Shown: one piece after another, positions 45,635 to 55,545 of the stretch
Position numbering within the stretch: the stretch's first letter is position 1
Layout: every line of letters begins with the position of its first letter
DNA from: Gemmatimonadaceae bacterium
Lineage (GTDB): Bacteria; Gemmatimonadota; Gemmatimonadetes; Gemmatimonadales; Gemmatimonadaceae
NCBI GenBank assembly: GCA_045803545.1
Contig: JBJMOW010000004.1
Span: 1,024,001 to 1,088,000, forward strand
DNA: 64,000 nucleotides
Reading direction: 5' to 3'
The notes under the pieces: generated by a model
Database searches by the model: none
Told to the model about the DNA's origin: nothing
What the model saw: only the letters and a program-made list of their open reading frames with translations
Program-made: the position numbers and the translations under genes

Positions 45635-45781
45635 GCTGCGGGATGCGACCGCTGCCGGAGGAGAGGTTAGCTCTTAACCGCAACTAGCCCACATCTCGCA
45701 ACCAGCCCTCGTCTCGCAACTAGCCCGCAACTCGCAACCAGCCCGCAGCTCGCAACAATTAGTTGGCTCTCCTCCCGCAGC
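45635..45781. repeat. Palindromic repeat element with 18-bp tandem units (copy 2)
   Basis: Ends GCTGCGGGA...TCCCGCAGC, with four units cgcaac(t/c)agccc-N4-ct at 45679-45750. The 3' end is homologous to 25553-25588. Confidence 0.8.
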
Positions 45782-45817
45782 GTGCTCGTAGTTAGCTCTC
45801 CTCCCCCAGCCCTCTCG

Positions 45818-46252
45818 CTAGGAAACCATCCCGTTCGGCGTTCCTCCCATGATCCGCGGTTGAATCGGTCCATTCACAAACAGTCTCGCCGACGCGGTCG
45901 GTTTGCCGTCGAGGGTGACCTGCATCTTGTATTGTCCCGCAGAGTTCAGCGGGAGATCGACGACCGCGATGATCGGCAGGTCGACCTCGAACTCGGGATT
46001 CGGCGCCGGCGCGACGTTCATCTCACCCGACGATGACCACAACTCCTCATCGCGCGGACTCAACCAGCGGAAGGTCAGCTTGTGATTGCCTACATCACTA
46101 CCGTCGGCCTTTACGCGCACGATGAAGTGCGTGCGCGGGTGAATCGTCGGTAATCCCGCGACCTGGACTGCATCGAACACGCCGAGGACGTTGAGCTTTC
46201 CCTCCTGGGAAAGGTTGGCGGCGTCGGCGAAAACGGCAAATGAGATGTGCAT
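45818..46252 (-). CDS. DUF6941-like hypothetical protein
   Basis: ADAANLSQEGKLNVLGVFD N-terminus and beta-rich composition. Confidence 0.7.
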   Translation of the reverse strand: MHISFAVFADAANLSQEGKLNVLGVFDAVQVAGLPTIHPRTHFIVRVKADGSDVGNHKLTFRWLSPRDEELWSSSGEMNVAPAPNPEFEVDLPIIAVVDLPLNSAGQYKMQVTLDGKPTASARLFVNGPIQPRIMGGTPNGMVS

Positions 46253-46301
46253 CCCGCAAAGTAGCCGCGCTGCAGCTTCACGGGCTAGCTAGTTTTCGGC
46301 G

Positions 46302-47258
46302 ATGACAGAATCGGTTAGCCCGCCGGTCGCAATCGCGGAATTGTCGTCGCATCCCGCATTCGGCGTGACGGATGTGTTGCTGCTCGCGATGGCCACGATC
46401 TGGGGATCCAATTTTGTGGTGGTGAAATACGCGACGCGAATCTTCAATCCCGTCGCTTTCACTGGCTTGCGCGTTGGTACCGTAGCGATCTTCATGATTC
46501 TTTTCGCGCTTTTGCGAAGCGCAGGGAGCGGAGAGCGCGCTACGTCGCGTCGAGCCCAGGCTCGTTCACTGAGCCGTGGTGTCATTACTCGATTGCTATT
46601 GCTCGGGGTGGTCGGCAATGGGCTCTATCAACTCTGTTTCGTCCACGGTGTCGCGCGGACCCGAGCCGGAAACGCTGCCCTCATCGTCGGAGCAGCGCCT
46701 GCGTTCATCGCGCTGGCGGCAAGAGCGAAAGGGCTCGAACGGATCCAGCGAATGACAATGATGGGAATCGTACTATCGGTGTTGGGGGTTGGACTCGTAA
46801 TGCTCGGCAGCGCGAACGCCGGCGCGGGGCAGACGACACTGCTGGGATCCGTCCTCGTATTCCTGGGCGTCGTGTGCTGGACGTTCTACACGATCTTCCT
46901 GCAGCCGTACACCAAGCGCGTCGACGCGATCACATTATCGGCGCTGACTTTGATCGGCGGCGGGGTGCCGCTTTTGATCGCAGCCAGCCCGGCAATCGTC
47001 GCGACAGACTGGTCGCGAATCGGTATCATGGGCTGGATGGCGCTGATCTACTCCAGCATCGTCTCGATGGGTATCGCTTATCTCTTCTATTATCGAGGCT
47101 TGCGAGTACTTGGCCCGACCCGCACGGCGGTTTACTCCAACCTGCAGCCGATCATCGCGCTTCTCATCGCGTGGCCGCTGCTCGGCGAAACTCCGACCAT
47201 TTTCCAGGGCGTCGGCGCGGCCACGATCGTTGCCGGTGTCTTCATGACTCGGGCATGA
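46302..47258 (+). CDS. EamA/DMT family transporter
   Basis: IWGSNF, 10 TM segments and NLQPIIA...LLGE. Confidence 0.88.
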   Translation: MTESVSPPVAIAELSSHPAFGVTDVLLLAMATIWGSNFVVVKYATRIFNPVAFTGLRVGTVAIFMILFALLRSAGSGERATSRRAQARSLSRGVITRLLLLGVVGNGLYQLCFVHGVARTRAGNAALIVGAAPAFIALAARAKGLERIQRMTMMGIVLSVLGVGLVMLGSANAGAGQTTLLGSVLVFLGVVCWTFYTIFLQPYTKRVDAITLSALTLIGGGVPLLIAASPAIVATDWSRIGIMGWMALIYSSIVSMGIAYLFYYRGLRVLGPTRTAVYSNLQPIIALLIAWPLLGETPTIFQGVGAATIVAGVFMTRA

Positions 47259-47947
47259 GGCTAGTTCTCTTCGACATTGACGGGACGCTGCTCAATTCAG
47301 GAGGAATGGGGCGAGCGGCGATGCAGAAGGCGCTTGGCCAGATCTTCGGATCTCCCGGGAATCCGTCCTATCGTTACGATGGCAAAACCGACAAGCAGAT
47401 CGTGCGCGAAGTAATGCGGATGGAAGGACACTCCGATGAGCACATCGATTCGAGAATGGAAAAGTTGGTCGGTGTTTATCTCGAGGGCCTGCGCGAAGCC
47501 GCTGCCAGCCGCAAGTTCAACATCCGTCCGCTCGATGGAATCCCGGAGATTCTCGACGCGTTGGACAATCGGGACGATGTGATTCTTGGACTCCTTACTG
47601 GAAACGTCGAGCCCGGTGCGCGGATCAAGCTGACAGCGGCTGGTATCGATCCGGATCGATTCAAGATCAACGCGTTCGGGTCGGATCACGAGCACCGCCC
47701 GGAGCTGCCGGCAATCGCGCGACGTCGAGCGGGAGAGACACTCGGTCTCGACATCGCCGGCGACCGCCTCGTTGTGATTGGCGACACCCCCGCCGATATC
47801 GAGTGCGGTAGATCGCTCGGCGCCAAAGCGATCGGCGTCGCCAGCGGGCACTATACCGTCGAACAGCTGCAGGCGCATCGCCCTTACGCGGTTTTCTCTT
47901 CGCTCGGCGATACCAGCAAGGTCCTCGACACCATCCTTCATGCGTGA
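47255..47947 (+). CDS. HAD family hydrolase
   Basis: FDIDGTL, LLTGN and IGDTPAD motifs. ATGA overlap with the upstream gene. Confidence 0.88.
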   Translation: MRLVLFDIDGTLLNSGGMGRAAMQKALGQIFGSPGNPSYRYDGKTDKQIVREVMRMEGHSDEHIDSRMEKLVGVYLEGLREAAASRKFNIRPLDGIPEILDALDNRDDVILGLLTGNVEPGARIKLTAAGIDPDRFKINAFGSDHEHRPELPAIARRRAGETLGLDIAGDRLVVIGDTPADIECGRSLGAKAIGVASGHYTVEQLQAHRPYAVFSSLGDTSKVLDTILHA

Positions 47948-48512
47948 GGTCGAGCTCAAGGCGGTCGTCGACGACGTTGCGGAGCGGCGTCGCAACACCG
48001 AAAACGCGGGCGCGAAACTGTCTTTTGAAGGCAAGATCTCCGACCGGCGCTACGACTTCGCATCGGGCGATCTTTCTTCGCGCGATGAAGTGCTGAGAAT
48101 GCGCACGTACATCAGCAAAACGGGCGCGAAAACCCACATCGACTGGAAAGGCCCGACCGAATTCCGCGACGTCTACAAAGTGCGCGAAGAGATCACTACT
48201 TCTGTCGACGATTCAGTGGCGCTCCACACGATCCTGCAGAAACTTGGTTTCGAGCAGGTCGCCGAGATCGATCGTGAAATCGCAGTGTACGCGTTCGGTG
48301 CTGCGACGATCAGGTTCGAGATCTATCCGCGGATGGACACACTGGTCGAAGTAGAAGGTGAGCCGGAGGCGATCGAGGCGGCGATCGAGGCCACTGGCAT
48401 CTCGCGTGGCACCTTCAGCAATCGGCGATTGGCGGATTTCGTAATCGATTTCGAGCAGCGAACAGGAGTTCAGGCAGCGATCTCGGATCGCGATTTGGAG
48501 TCAGCGATCTAA
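47940..48512 (+). CDS. CYTH domain protein (class IV adenylate cyclase-like)
   Basis: EVELK (ExExK), LRMR, KGP, REE and VEVE motifs. Confidence 0.8.
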   Translation: MREVELKAVVDDVAERRRNTENAGAKLSFEGKISDRRYDFASGDLSSRDEVLRMRTYISKTGAKTHIDWKGPTEFRDVYKVREEITTSVDDSVALHTILQKLGFEQVAEIDREIAVYAFGAATIRFEIYPRMDTLVEVEGEPEAIEAAIEATGISRGTFSNRRLADFVIDFEQRTGVQAAISDRDLESAI

Positions 48513-48562
48513 CTACCAGTGCCAATTGCGTATACGCGGTATCCAGATAAATTCACTCGGCA

Positions 48563-50362
48563 ATGAATTGTAGATTGATGCGAGGGATCGCTGTCTCGAT
48601 CCTTTCGCTGTTTGCGGCTCGCAGTGTCGCCGCCCAGGAAAACCCGGCAAAGCGATTGGCGAGCATCGTCGGCGTCGCCGTTGAGGAGTACGCCAAAGCC
48701 GTCGACGAAAACGGCAAGCTGATCTCGAAAGACGAATACGACGAGACGAGCGGGTTTCTCAGCGACGCTCGACCGATCGCGACGCGACTCAACAGCTACA
48801 CCGCGCGCACCATACAGGCCCTGCTCGACAGTCTTATCGCTGTAGTGCGCGACCGCAGACCACCGGCGGCAGCACGCGAGCTGCACGCAAGATTTGTCAA
48901 CGCACTCGGTACGGCGGGTGCAATGGACCTTCCGAAAGCGCGGCTCGATACAGTCGAAGGCCACCGTCTCTTTGCCGCGAGCTGCGCTTCCTGTCACGGC
49001 ATTGCCGGAACTGGCGATGGACCAAGCGCCCACACCCTCAGCACCCGGCCACCCGCCATTGGTGTCAGAGGCGAGACCCCAGAGCTGACATCGACTCTCG
49101 CGTACAACGTGATCTCAGTCGGCGTACGCGGCACCGCGATGCCGGCATTCGCAGGTACACTCACTCCGCAGCAACGCTGGAACATCATCAACTACGTCTA
49201 TTCGCTGCGGCAGGAGAAGTTAAAGTTGCCGGTCGCGCGCGCGGATGCTACAGCGATTCCTGGTGATACCGCATCTCCCGTCATTCTGGCGCTACTCGAC
49301 AGCGCCCTCGATTTCGCGCGCAGCGGCAAGACGGCTGAAGCGGGAGATCGCGCGTTTGACGCCTACATCGCCTTCGAGCCGCTCGAGACGCCGGCGCGCG
49401 CCAAGAAGCCCGGACTCGTCTCGACGATGGAGAAGCACTTCGCCGATTTCAAAGGCGCAGTCCGCCGCAGCGACATCATGGCGGCCAAGCATTCGCGTGA
49501 TGCCATCGCCGACGGTTTGCCGTCGGTCATCGATCTAACCCAGAATCCCTCGAGCGGTTGGGAAGCTTTCTTCCAGTCTCTGCTGATCATTTTGCGTGAG
49601 GGGTTCGAGGCGATTCTCGTTATCGGCGCCGTCGTCGCGTTCCTGATCAAGATGGGTCATCGCGAGCGATTGCATTCGATCTGGGTCGGGCTCGCGCTCG
49701 GAGTATTTGCCAGTCTCGCTACCGCAGTTGTTCTGAAGACGCTGCTCGCTGCAATGCCGGCCAGCCGAGAGATCGTCGAGGCAACGACGATGTTGATTGC
49801 GGTGGTCGTGCTTTTCTCGGTGAGCTACTGGCTCATTTCCAAGGTCGAGGCCGCCAAGTGGCAGAAATTCATCCGCGAAAAGGTGACCAGCGCGCTGGAG
49901 CACGGCGGCGGTAAGGCGCTCGCGCTCGTCGCATTCCTGGCAGTGTACCGCGAAGGAGCGGAGACCGCGCTCTTCTACCAGGCGCTGTTCAACGAAGGTC
50001 CCAACGTCGGAATTCCGCTCGCGCTCGGCATCATCGTCGGCCTCGCCCTGTTGACGATCATCTTCACATTGTTCTATCGCTATGGTGTGAAGATTCCGAT
50101 GCGGCCCTTCTTTACAGTGACGAGCCTGCTGCTTTACTACATGGCGTTCGTGTTCATGGGGAAGGGAATCCGGGAGCTGCAGGAAGGGAACATCATGCCG
50201 ATCACCGTGATTCAAAGCGGGCCGCACGTAGAGGCGATGGGAATTTATCCGAGCGTGCAGACGCTCACGGGCCAGGCTATACTCGTCATACTTCTTGTCT
50301 TTGCCACCGTCAAAACGTTCTGGCCAGGGCATCAGGCAGAGGACGGTACCGCCGAGGCGTAG
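48563..50362 (+). CDS. Cytochrome c - FTR1 iron permease fusion (PbrT-like)
   Basis: Signal peptide, CASCH heme motif, and REGFE and REGAE motifs in a 7-TM domain. The start may be 48578. Confidence 0.85.
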   Translation: MNCRLMRGIAVSILSLFAARSVAAQENPAKRLASIVGVAVEEYAKAVDENGKLISKDEYDETSGFLSDARPIATRLNSYTARTIQALLDSLIAVVRDRRPPAAARELHARFVNALGTAGAMDLPKARLDTVEGHRLFAASCASCHGIAGTGDGPSAHTLSTRPPAIGVRGETPELTSTLAYNVISVGVRGTAMPAFAGTLTPQQRWNIINYVYSLRQEKLKLPVARADATAIPGDTASPVILALLDSALDFARSGKTAEAGDRAFDAYIAFEPLETPARAKKPGLVSTMEKHFADFKGAVRRSDIMAAKHSRDAIADGLPSVIDLTQNPSSGWEAFFQSLLIILREGFEAILVIGAVVAFLIKMGHRERLHSIWVGLALGVFASLATAVVLKTLLAAMPASREIVEATTMLIAVVVLFSVSYWLISKVEAAKWQKFIREKVTSALEHGGGKALALVAFLAVYREGAETALFYQALFNEGPNVGIPLALGIIVGLALLTIIFTLFYRYGVKIPMRPFFTVTSLLLYYMAFVFMGKGIRELQEGNIMPITVIQSGPHVEAMGIYPSVQTLTGQAILVILLVFATVKTFWPGHQAEDGTAEA

Positions 50363-50416
50363 CATTTGCCGCATGCTGATTGCGATGCGCGGAGCTGATT
50401 GCAGGGAGGAAACCGT

Positions 50417-51325
50417 ATGGCGAATGCAGCTTCACCGATCGTAGATGCCGAGCACGGGATTCGGCCGAGCGGGTATCGACTTCCGGAAGCGACGCATCTC
50501 GGTCGAGTCCGGTTGCAGGTCGCAGATCTGGATCGCTCGACCGCCTTCTACGAAAAAGTTCTCGGGCTGAGAAGGATCAGACGCAGCGCCGACACCGTGA
50601 GCCTTGGCACGCACGATGAGCATCGCGAGATCGTCCATCTGCACCAGCTAAGCAGTGCGCGACCGGTACCGCGTCGCGGACTCCTCGGGCTCTATCATTT
50701 CGCGATCCTGCTGCCGGATCGCGCTGCACTTGGAAGATTCCTCGCGCACCTCGCCGAGATCGGGCATTACGCCGGCATGTCGGACCACTTCGTCAGTGAG
50801 GCGGTATATCTCACCGACCCCGACGGACTCGGCATTGAGGTTTACGCCGACCGCCCGCGCGACGCCTGGAAGTACGATGAACGGCAGTTGTATATGACCA
50901 CCAATCATCTCGACGTCGACGATCTAATCGGCGCGGCTGGCGGCGAGAAATGGAAGGGAATGCCGGCCGGCACCGTACTCGGACATGTCCATCTGTACGT
51001 GGGCGACATCGACAAAGCCGAAGCTTTCTACCATGATGCGCTTGGGTTCGACAAAGTTGTCTGGAGCTATCCTGGCGCCCTGTTCATGTCGGCGGGCGGA
51101 TATCATCATCATCTCGGAACGAACACCTGGGCAAGCGGTGCGCCGGCGGCGACCGACGCAGACGCACGACTTCTCGAGTGGGAGATTGTGGTGCCGACAG
51201 GCGAGGACGCCAAACGCGCCGCCGAGCACGTGCGCTCGAAGGGCTACCCTGTGAAAGAGGACAATGGCGAATGGATTCTCACCGATCCGTGGGGTACCAG
51301 TCTGAGGTTAATGGCCGAGCGATGA
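50417..51325 (+). CDS. VOC family protein (CatE-like catechol 2,3-dioxygenase / glyoxalase)
   Basis: GLYHFAILLP, DHFVSEAVYLTDPDG, GHVHL and GGYHHHLGTNTW motifs. GGAGG RBS. Confidence 0.85.
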   Translation: MANAASPIVDAEHGIRPSGYRLPEATHLGRVRLQVADLDRSTAFYEKVLGLRRIRRSADTVSLGTHDEHREIVHLHQLSSARPVPRRGLLGLYHFAILLPDRAALGRFLAHLAEIGHYAGMSDHFVSEAVYLTDPDGLGIEVYADRPRDAWKYDERQLYMTTNHLDVDDLIGAAGGEKWKGMPAGTVLGHVHLYVGDIDKAEAFYHDALGFDKVVWSYPGALFMSAGGYHHHLGTNTWASGAPAATDADARLLEWEIVVPTGEDAKRAAEHVRSKGYPVKEDNGEWILTDPWGTSLRLMAER

Positions 51326-51780
51326 TGCGAATGCGTCGGGTGCTAGGCGTGGTGATGGTGTCGATGCTGGCCGCGTGCGCGAGTCAGATGGGAACCATCG
51401 GTGGATTTCGCTCGTCTTCAGACGCTGCCGCGATCAAGGCAGTGTTTGATACGACGGCCGCCGGTTGGAATCGTGGCGAGCTTCCGGTCTATCTTTCGGC
51501 GTACGTTGACACGGCGACGGCGATGGGATCGACAGGACTCGTCAGAGGCGTCAGCGGGATTGAAGGTCAGATGCGCGCCGGATTCTGGCGGACCGGGCGT
51601 CCGCTGCAGAATTTGAGCTACGACCATTTGGAGATTCGTCCGATTGGCCCCGATCAGGCGATCGCGACCGGGCAATACATTCTGACCGGTGGTGGTCGCC
51701 CGGATCGCACGGGGTGGTTTACGACGATATGGGTAAGAACGCCGCGCGGCTGGCGGATGGTGCAGGATCACTCGTCCTGA
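51322..51780 (+). CDS. NTF2-like (DUF4440) lipoprotein
   Basis: Lipobox LAA-C, WNRG and GWRMVQDHSS C-terminus. Confidence 0.8.
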   Translation: MMRMRRVLGVVMVSMLAACASQMGTIGGFRSSSDAAAIKAVFDTTAAGWNRGELPVYLSAYVDTATAMGSTGLVRGVSGIEGQMRAGFWRTGRPLQNLSYDHLEIRPIGPDQAIATGQYILTGGGRPDRTGWFTTIWVRTPRGWRMVQDHSS

Positions 51781-51808
51781 GCGCTTACGTATTCATGGGA
51801 ATGGCGGA

Positions 51809-52645
51809 ATGAAACCTTTCAAGTCCAAGATCTCTGCGGGCCTCGCGTTCGCATTTCTGGCAGTCACTGCGTGCGGCAGCGATTCGACCGGACCATCCAG
51901 TCTCGACGCGGCGTCCGCACTGAAAAGCCTTGCCATTGGTCTACAGCAGATGGGGACCGAGGGCTCGACGGCGACACTCGCCATGGATGCGAGCTTCGGC
52001 GGAATCGCGCCGTTTCTCAGTCAGGTGAATGTCAACATCGATGGATCAGCTCAAACGATGTTCGGGTTTGCGCTTCACGAAAGTTTCCCGGATGGCACCT
52101 GCTGGGAGACAATCTTCCCGGATGTGATTCCGGCTGACCCGGGTATCTGTACGCCCCCGCAGCTCGGAGTGTCCGTGATGCTGTGGCAGTCACACTCGGC
52201 GTCGCAGCCGCCGGACCGCATCATGGTGCTCGCTGGGGATGTAGGCACCAGCGATTTCAACTTCGATCTCGATACCCCGAATCTTCCGGGCGTCGCGCTA
52301 TACCTCGAGGGGCAGAACAATCTCTGGGTGTCGCAGTCGGGAACGCTGACCAGCGCCGTCAGCGCCACTTCGCAAACGTGCGACATCCCGTTACCACTTT
52401 ATGCCAAGAGTGGCCACTGCAACATCGCAACGTTCGACGAGCAGGGCTCGATCGTACTCAATCAGCTCAACGAGCTGTACTCCGTTAGCACCGCTGGTCC
52501 AACCAAAACGCTGACGATTCCTCATCAGACACTGCATGGATTGTGGATGGCCGTCACAGAGGTTCAGCCGATCGGCCTGACTGCGGTGCGAGTTTCACCG
52601 CCGACGCTGTTTCAGCGATTGAGCGAAACGCGGGCTCGGCGTTAG
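51809..52645 (+). CDS. Hypothetical lipoprotein
   Basis: AVTA-C lipobox followed by GSDSTGP. Confidence 0.7.
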   Translation: MKPFKSKISAGLAFAFLAVTACGSDSTGPSSLDAASALKSLAIGLQQMGTEGSTATLAMDASFGGIAPFLSQVNVNIDGSAQTMFGFALHESFPDGTCWETIFPDVIPADPGICTPPQLGVSVMLWQSHSASQPPDRIMVLAGDVGTSDFNFDLDTPNLPGVALYLEGQNNLWVSQSGTLTSAVSATSQTCDIPLPLYAKSGHCNIATFDEQGSIVLNQLNELYSVSTAGPTKTLTIPHQTLHGLWMAVTEVQPIGLTAVRVSPPTLFQRLSETRARR

Positions 52646-53094
52646 GGTGCCAGTACCAACAGTTGGGCGACGTAAGGTCTAGACGCAGGCGGCTCTGACT
52701 GACGCGGCGTGGGCGCCAGGCTCACAAACCGAACTTTCACGTCGCCGACAGTAGCCTCATTATTCGGCGGCGTGACGCTGATGACTCGAGTATCACGCGG
52801 AGCGCCGTTGCGTGAAAGCGTCAGCTCGATCTTGGCATCTCCGGCCCAGACGCACTGTACGTCCACCGGGCACCGTGAGTCCTCAGTCACCCGGTTGAAT
52901 GTGATGCGATAGTCAGTGCCATTGATAGTCGCGGATTTACCAACCGCGAGATTGAACTCCGCGCCGGGGTTCGCAACAACGGCAGTGTCGACTGTTGCAC
53001 AGCTCGCGACAGCAACGATCATGCTTGTCGCCAACCATCGACCAGCCCAGCGCTCAGGCAGCTTGCGCAGCGTAGATACCCGGTGCGTTCTCAT
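52642..53094 (-). CDS. Hypothetical lipoprotein (start uncertain)
   Basis: VAS-C lipobox and EDSRCPVDVQCVWAG motif. Confidence 0.65.
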   Translation of the reverse strand: MRTHRVSTLRKLPERWAGRWLATSMIVAVASCATVDTAVVANPGAEFNLAVGKSATINGTDYRITFNRVTEDSRCPVDVQCVWAGDAKIELTLSRNGAPRDTRVISVTPPNNEATVGDVKVRFVSLAPTPRQSEPPASRPYVAQLLVLAP

Positions 53095-53908
53095 GCGGAT
53101 TACGTCGCACGTACATCCAGATCGCACCGCCAATCGCAAACGCCATCGCGATCACCTGCGCGCCCGTAAAGGTCCCAAAAAGGAAGCGATCGTCCTTGGC
53201 GCGCACAAACTCGATAATGAAGCGCTCGACTCCTGCGAGCACGCAGTACAAACCGAACAGCCAACCCTCGGCATGCTTGTGATCGCGGAGGCGCCACAAG
53301 ATCAGAAACATTACGAACCCGAGTGCGACTTCATAAAGCTGAGTCGGATGGACCGAAAGCACCTGACTTGGTGACGAGCCAAGCGGTTGTGGGATGTGAA
53401 AGAGCTGAGTCATGTTCGCCACCGTCGACGGCGGCGCGCCGTTGGGAAAGCTCACTGCCCACGGGCCATTCCACGGCCGGCCATAGTCGTCGCCGACCGC
53501 CCAGCATCCTGTGCGGCCCAAACTGTAGGCCGCCGCGATCGCGGGAGCAGCGACATCGCTGATGCGCGTGAAGCTGAGTCGCTTGGCGCGAACGACGAAA
53601 TAGCAGGCGACGATGCCGCCCATCAAACCGCCCCAGAACACGAAGCCGGCTCTGCTCAATAACGCACCGGAATCGCGCGTCAAAATGGCGTAGTAGATCT
53701 TGCCGCCAAGCAATCCGCCAATCACCGCGGCAAAAATCAGATCGCCGATCGGCTCAGGGTCGTGGCCACGACGCGTGAGCTCCCGCTGAGCGATGATCTG
53801 AGCAATTACGAATGCAAGCAGCACCGCCAGGCCGAATCCTGTGAGCTGAAGGGGCCCCACCTGATACGAAAGTGGCTGGTGTACGATTGAAGCAAAGAAG
53901 TTGTGCAT
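53054..53908 (-). CDS. lgt: Prolipoprotein diacylglyceryl transferase
   Basis: FWGG, GRTGC..GDDYG, HPTQLYE and RFIIEFVR motifs. Confidence 0.9.
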   Translation of the reverse strand: MHNFFASIVHQPLSYQVGPLQLTGFGLAVLLAFVIAQIIAQRELTRRGHDPEPIGDLIFAAVIGGLLGGKIYYAILTRDSGALLSRAGFVFWGGLMGGIVACYFVVRAKRLSFTRISDVAAPAIAAAYSLGRTGCWAVGDDYGRPWNGPWAVSFPNGAPPSTVANMTQLFHIPQPLGSSPSQVLSVHPTQLYEVALGFVMFLILWRLRDHKHAEGWLFGLYCVLAGVERFIIEFVRAKDDRFLFGTFTGAQVIAMAFAIGGAIWMYVRRNPHENAPGIYAAQAA

Positions 53909-53918
53909 GGGAAGGAAT

Positions 53919-54959
53919 TTAGGCTGCGACCAGTCCTGGGATAGTGCTGCTCGCGTATGCATTCAGATCGAGGCCAGAGCGCTCACCTTTCTGGAACCTG
54001 AAAATTCCGGCGCGCGCGATCATCGCTGCGTTGTCAGTAGCGAGTCGCGGTGTCGGCGTGAACACCCTGATTCCCTCCGGCTCCAGCTCCGCGTGCATCG
54101 CCGCGGCAAGAGTGCGATTGCACGCTACTCCGCCGCCCAGCACAACGCGATTGCGCCCAAATGCCTCGGCGGCGCGCTTGGTTTTTTCGACCACTGTGTC
54201 GATCAGGGAATCCTGGAATCCGCGCGCGATGTCCGCCTTGTCATCGTCAAGGCTGGTCGACGCGCGCACAGCGTTCAGAACGGCGGTCTTCAATCCACTG
54301 AACGAGAACGCATAGTAATCGTCATCGCGCGCCTGTGCATTGCGCCGGACCATGGGGCGGGCGAAACGGAATCGAGCTGGATTACCCTCGCGCGCGAGCT
54401 GTTCGACATACCGTCCTCCCGGATAAGGAAGACCGAGCAGCTTGGCGACTTTGTCGAACGCTTCGCCGGCGGCATCGTCGCGCGTCGCGCCCAGCAGTCG
54501 ATACCTTCCCCAGGCCTCGACATCGAGCAGCAGCGTATGACCGCCCGAGACAAGGAGGGCGGTAAACGGCGGAACCGCGTCGCGGTGCTCCAGGGCTGCC
54601 GCGAAAAGGTGTCCCTCCATGTGATGGATGCCGATCAGCGGAATGCCGCGCGAGAAAGCGAGCGCTTTGCCATAGCTCATTCCGACCAGCAGTGCTCCGA
54701 CGAGTCCGGGAGTATTGGTTACCGCAACCGCATCCAGATCATCCAACCCGATACCCGCTTCAGCGAGCGAGCGGTCTACCACGGGTACGATGCTGGTGAG
54801 ATGCGCGCGCGATGCGATCTCAGGCACCACCCCGCCAAACACGCGGTGCACATCCTGAGACAGAATCACCAGCGATTTCTGCGTGACATCGTCGCCACTT
54901 CCGTCCAGTACGGCCGCCGACGTCTCATCGCACGACGTCTCGATTCCGAGAATTCTCAC
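53919..54959 (-). CDS. tsaD: tRNA threonylcarbamoyltransferase
   Basis: GIETSCDET, GGVVPEIASRAH, HHMEGH, VSGGHT, DDAAGEAFDK and TDNAAMI motifs. Confidence 0.95.
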   Translation of the reverse strand: MRILGIETSCDETSAAVLDGSGDDVTQKSLVILSQDVHRVFGGVVPEIASRAHLTSIVPVVDRSLAEAGIGLDDLDAVAVTNTPGLVGALLVGMSYGKALAFSRGIPLIGIHHMEGHLFAAALEHRDAVPPFTALLVSGGHTLLLDVEAWGRYRLLGATRDDAAGEAFDKVAKLLGLPYPGGRYVEQLAREGNPARFRFARPMVRRNAQARDDDYYAFSFSGLKTAVLNAVRASTSLDDDKADIARGFQDSLIDTVVEKTKRAAEAFGRNRVVLGGGVACNRTLAAAMHAELEPEGIRVFTPTPRLATDNAAMIARAGIFRFQKGERSGLDLNAYASSTIPGLVAA

Positions 54960-54993
54960 TACCCCTCCCGCCTCCCCGCCTCCCGGCTGCCGC

Positions 54994-55545
54994 TCATTCC
55001 GTTCGCTCCGTGAGCAGTCGATCCATCAAAGCCCTTGAATCGGGCGTATTCCAATCCGTCGCCTGCATCAGCTTTTTGCGGATGATGCCGTCGCGGCCGA
55101 CGATGAAGGTTTCCGGATACCCGGTGATGTCGTACGCGTCGACGATTTGTTTGTCCGGGTCGTGGAGAATCTCGAATGTCAGCTTGTACTGTTGGGCGAA
55201 CGTGCGGATCGCGGCGTCGGTTCCCGGGTCGTCGATACTGACGGCGACGATCTTGAGACCCTTCGCTGCGTAATCTTTCTGCAGCGCTTCAATGCTCGGC
55301 ATCTCCACCCGGCAGGGCAGGCACCACGTCGCCCACACGTTGATCATCAACACCTGACCACGGTAATCCGCGAGGGTCTTTGCTTTCCGGGTTGAATCGA
55401 GGGTGTAAGCTGTGAAGTTCGGCGCCTTGCTTCCCAGCTCGACTGGGAAAAGCTCCTTACGCAGATAGTGTGTCGCGCCCCAGGCGATGGCGCCGGCGAC
55501 GCCGACCACCACGGCAGCGATCGCGAATTGCTGCCTGCCCGTCAT
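54994..55545 (-). CDS. TlpA/ResA-family thiol-disulfide oxidoreductase
   Basis: TM anchor, WATWCLPC and GYPETF. Confidence 0.88.
   Translation of the reverse strand: MTGRQQFAIAAVVVGVAGAIAWGATHYLRKELFPVELGSKAPNFTAYTLDSTRKAKTLADYRGQVLMINVWATWCLPCRVEMPSIEALQKDYAAKGLKIVAVSIDDPGTDAAIRTFAQQYKLTFEILHDPDKQIVDAYDITGYPETFIVGRDGIIRKKLMQATDWNTPDSRALMDRLLTERTE

Noticed and set aside
45679..45756. 18-bp periodic repeats as a CRISPR array
   Set aside because: Units are adjacent with only about 4 variable bases, there are no spacer-length unique sequences and no cas genes.
53901..55013. 370-aa plus-strand ORF
   Set aside because: It is antisense to tsaD; long shadow ORFs are expected at high GC.
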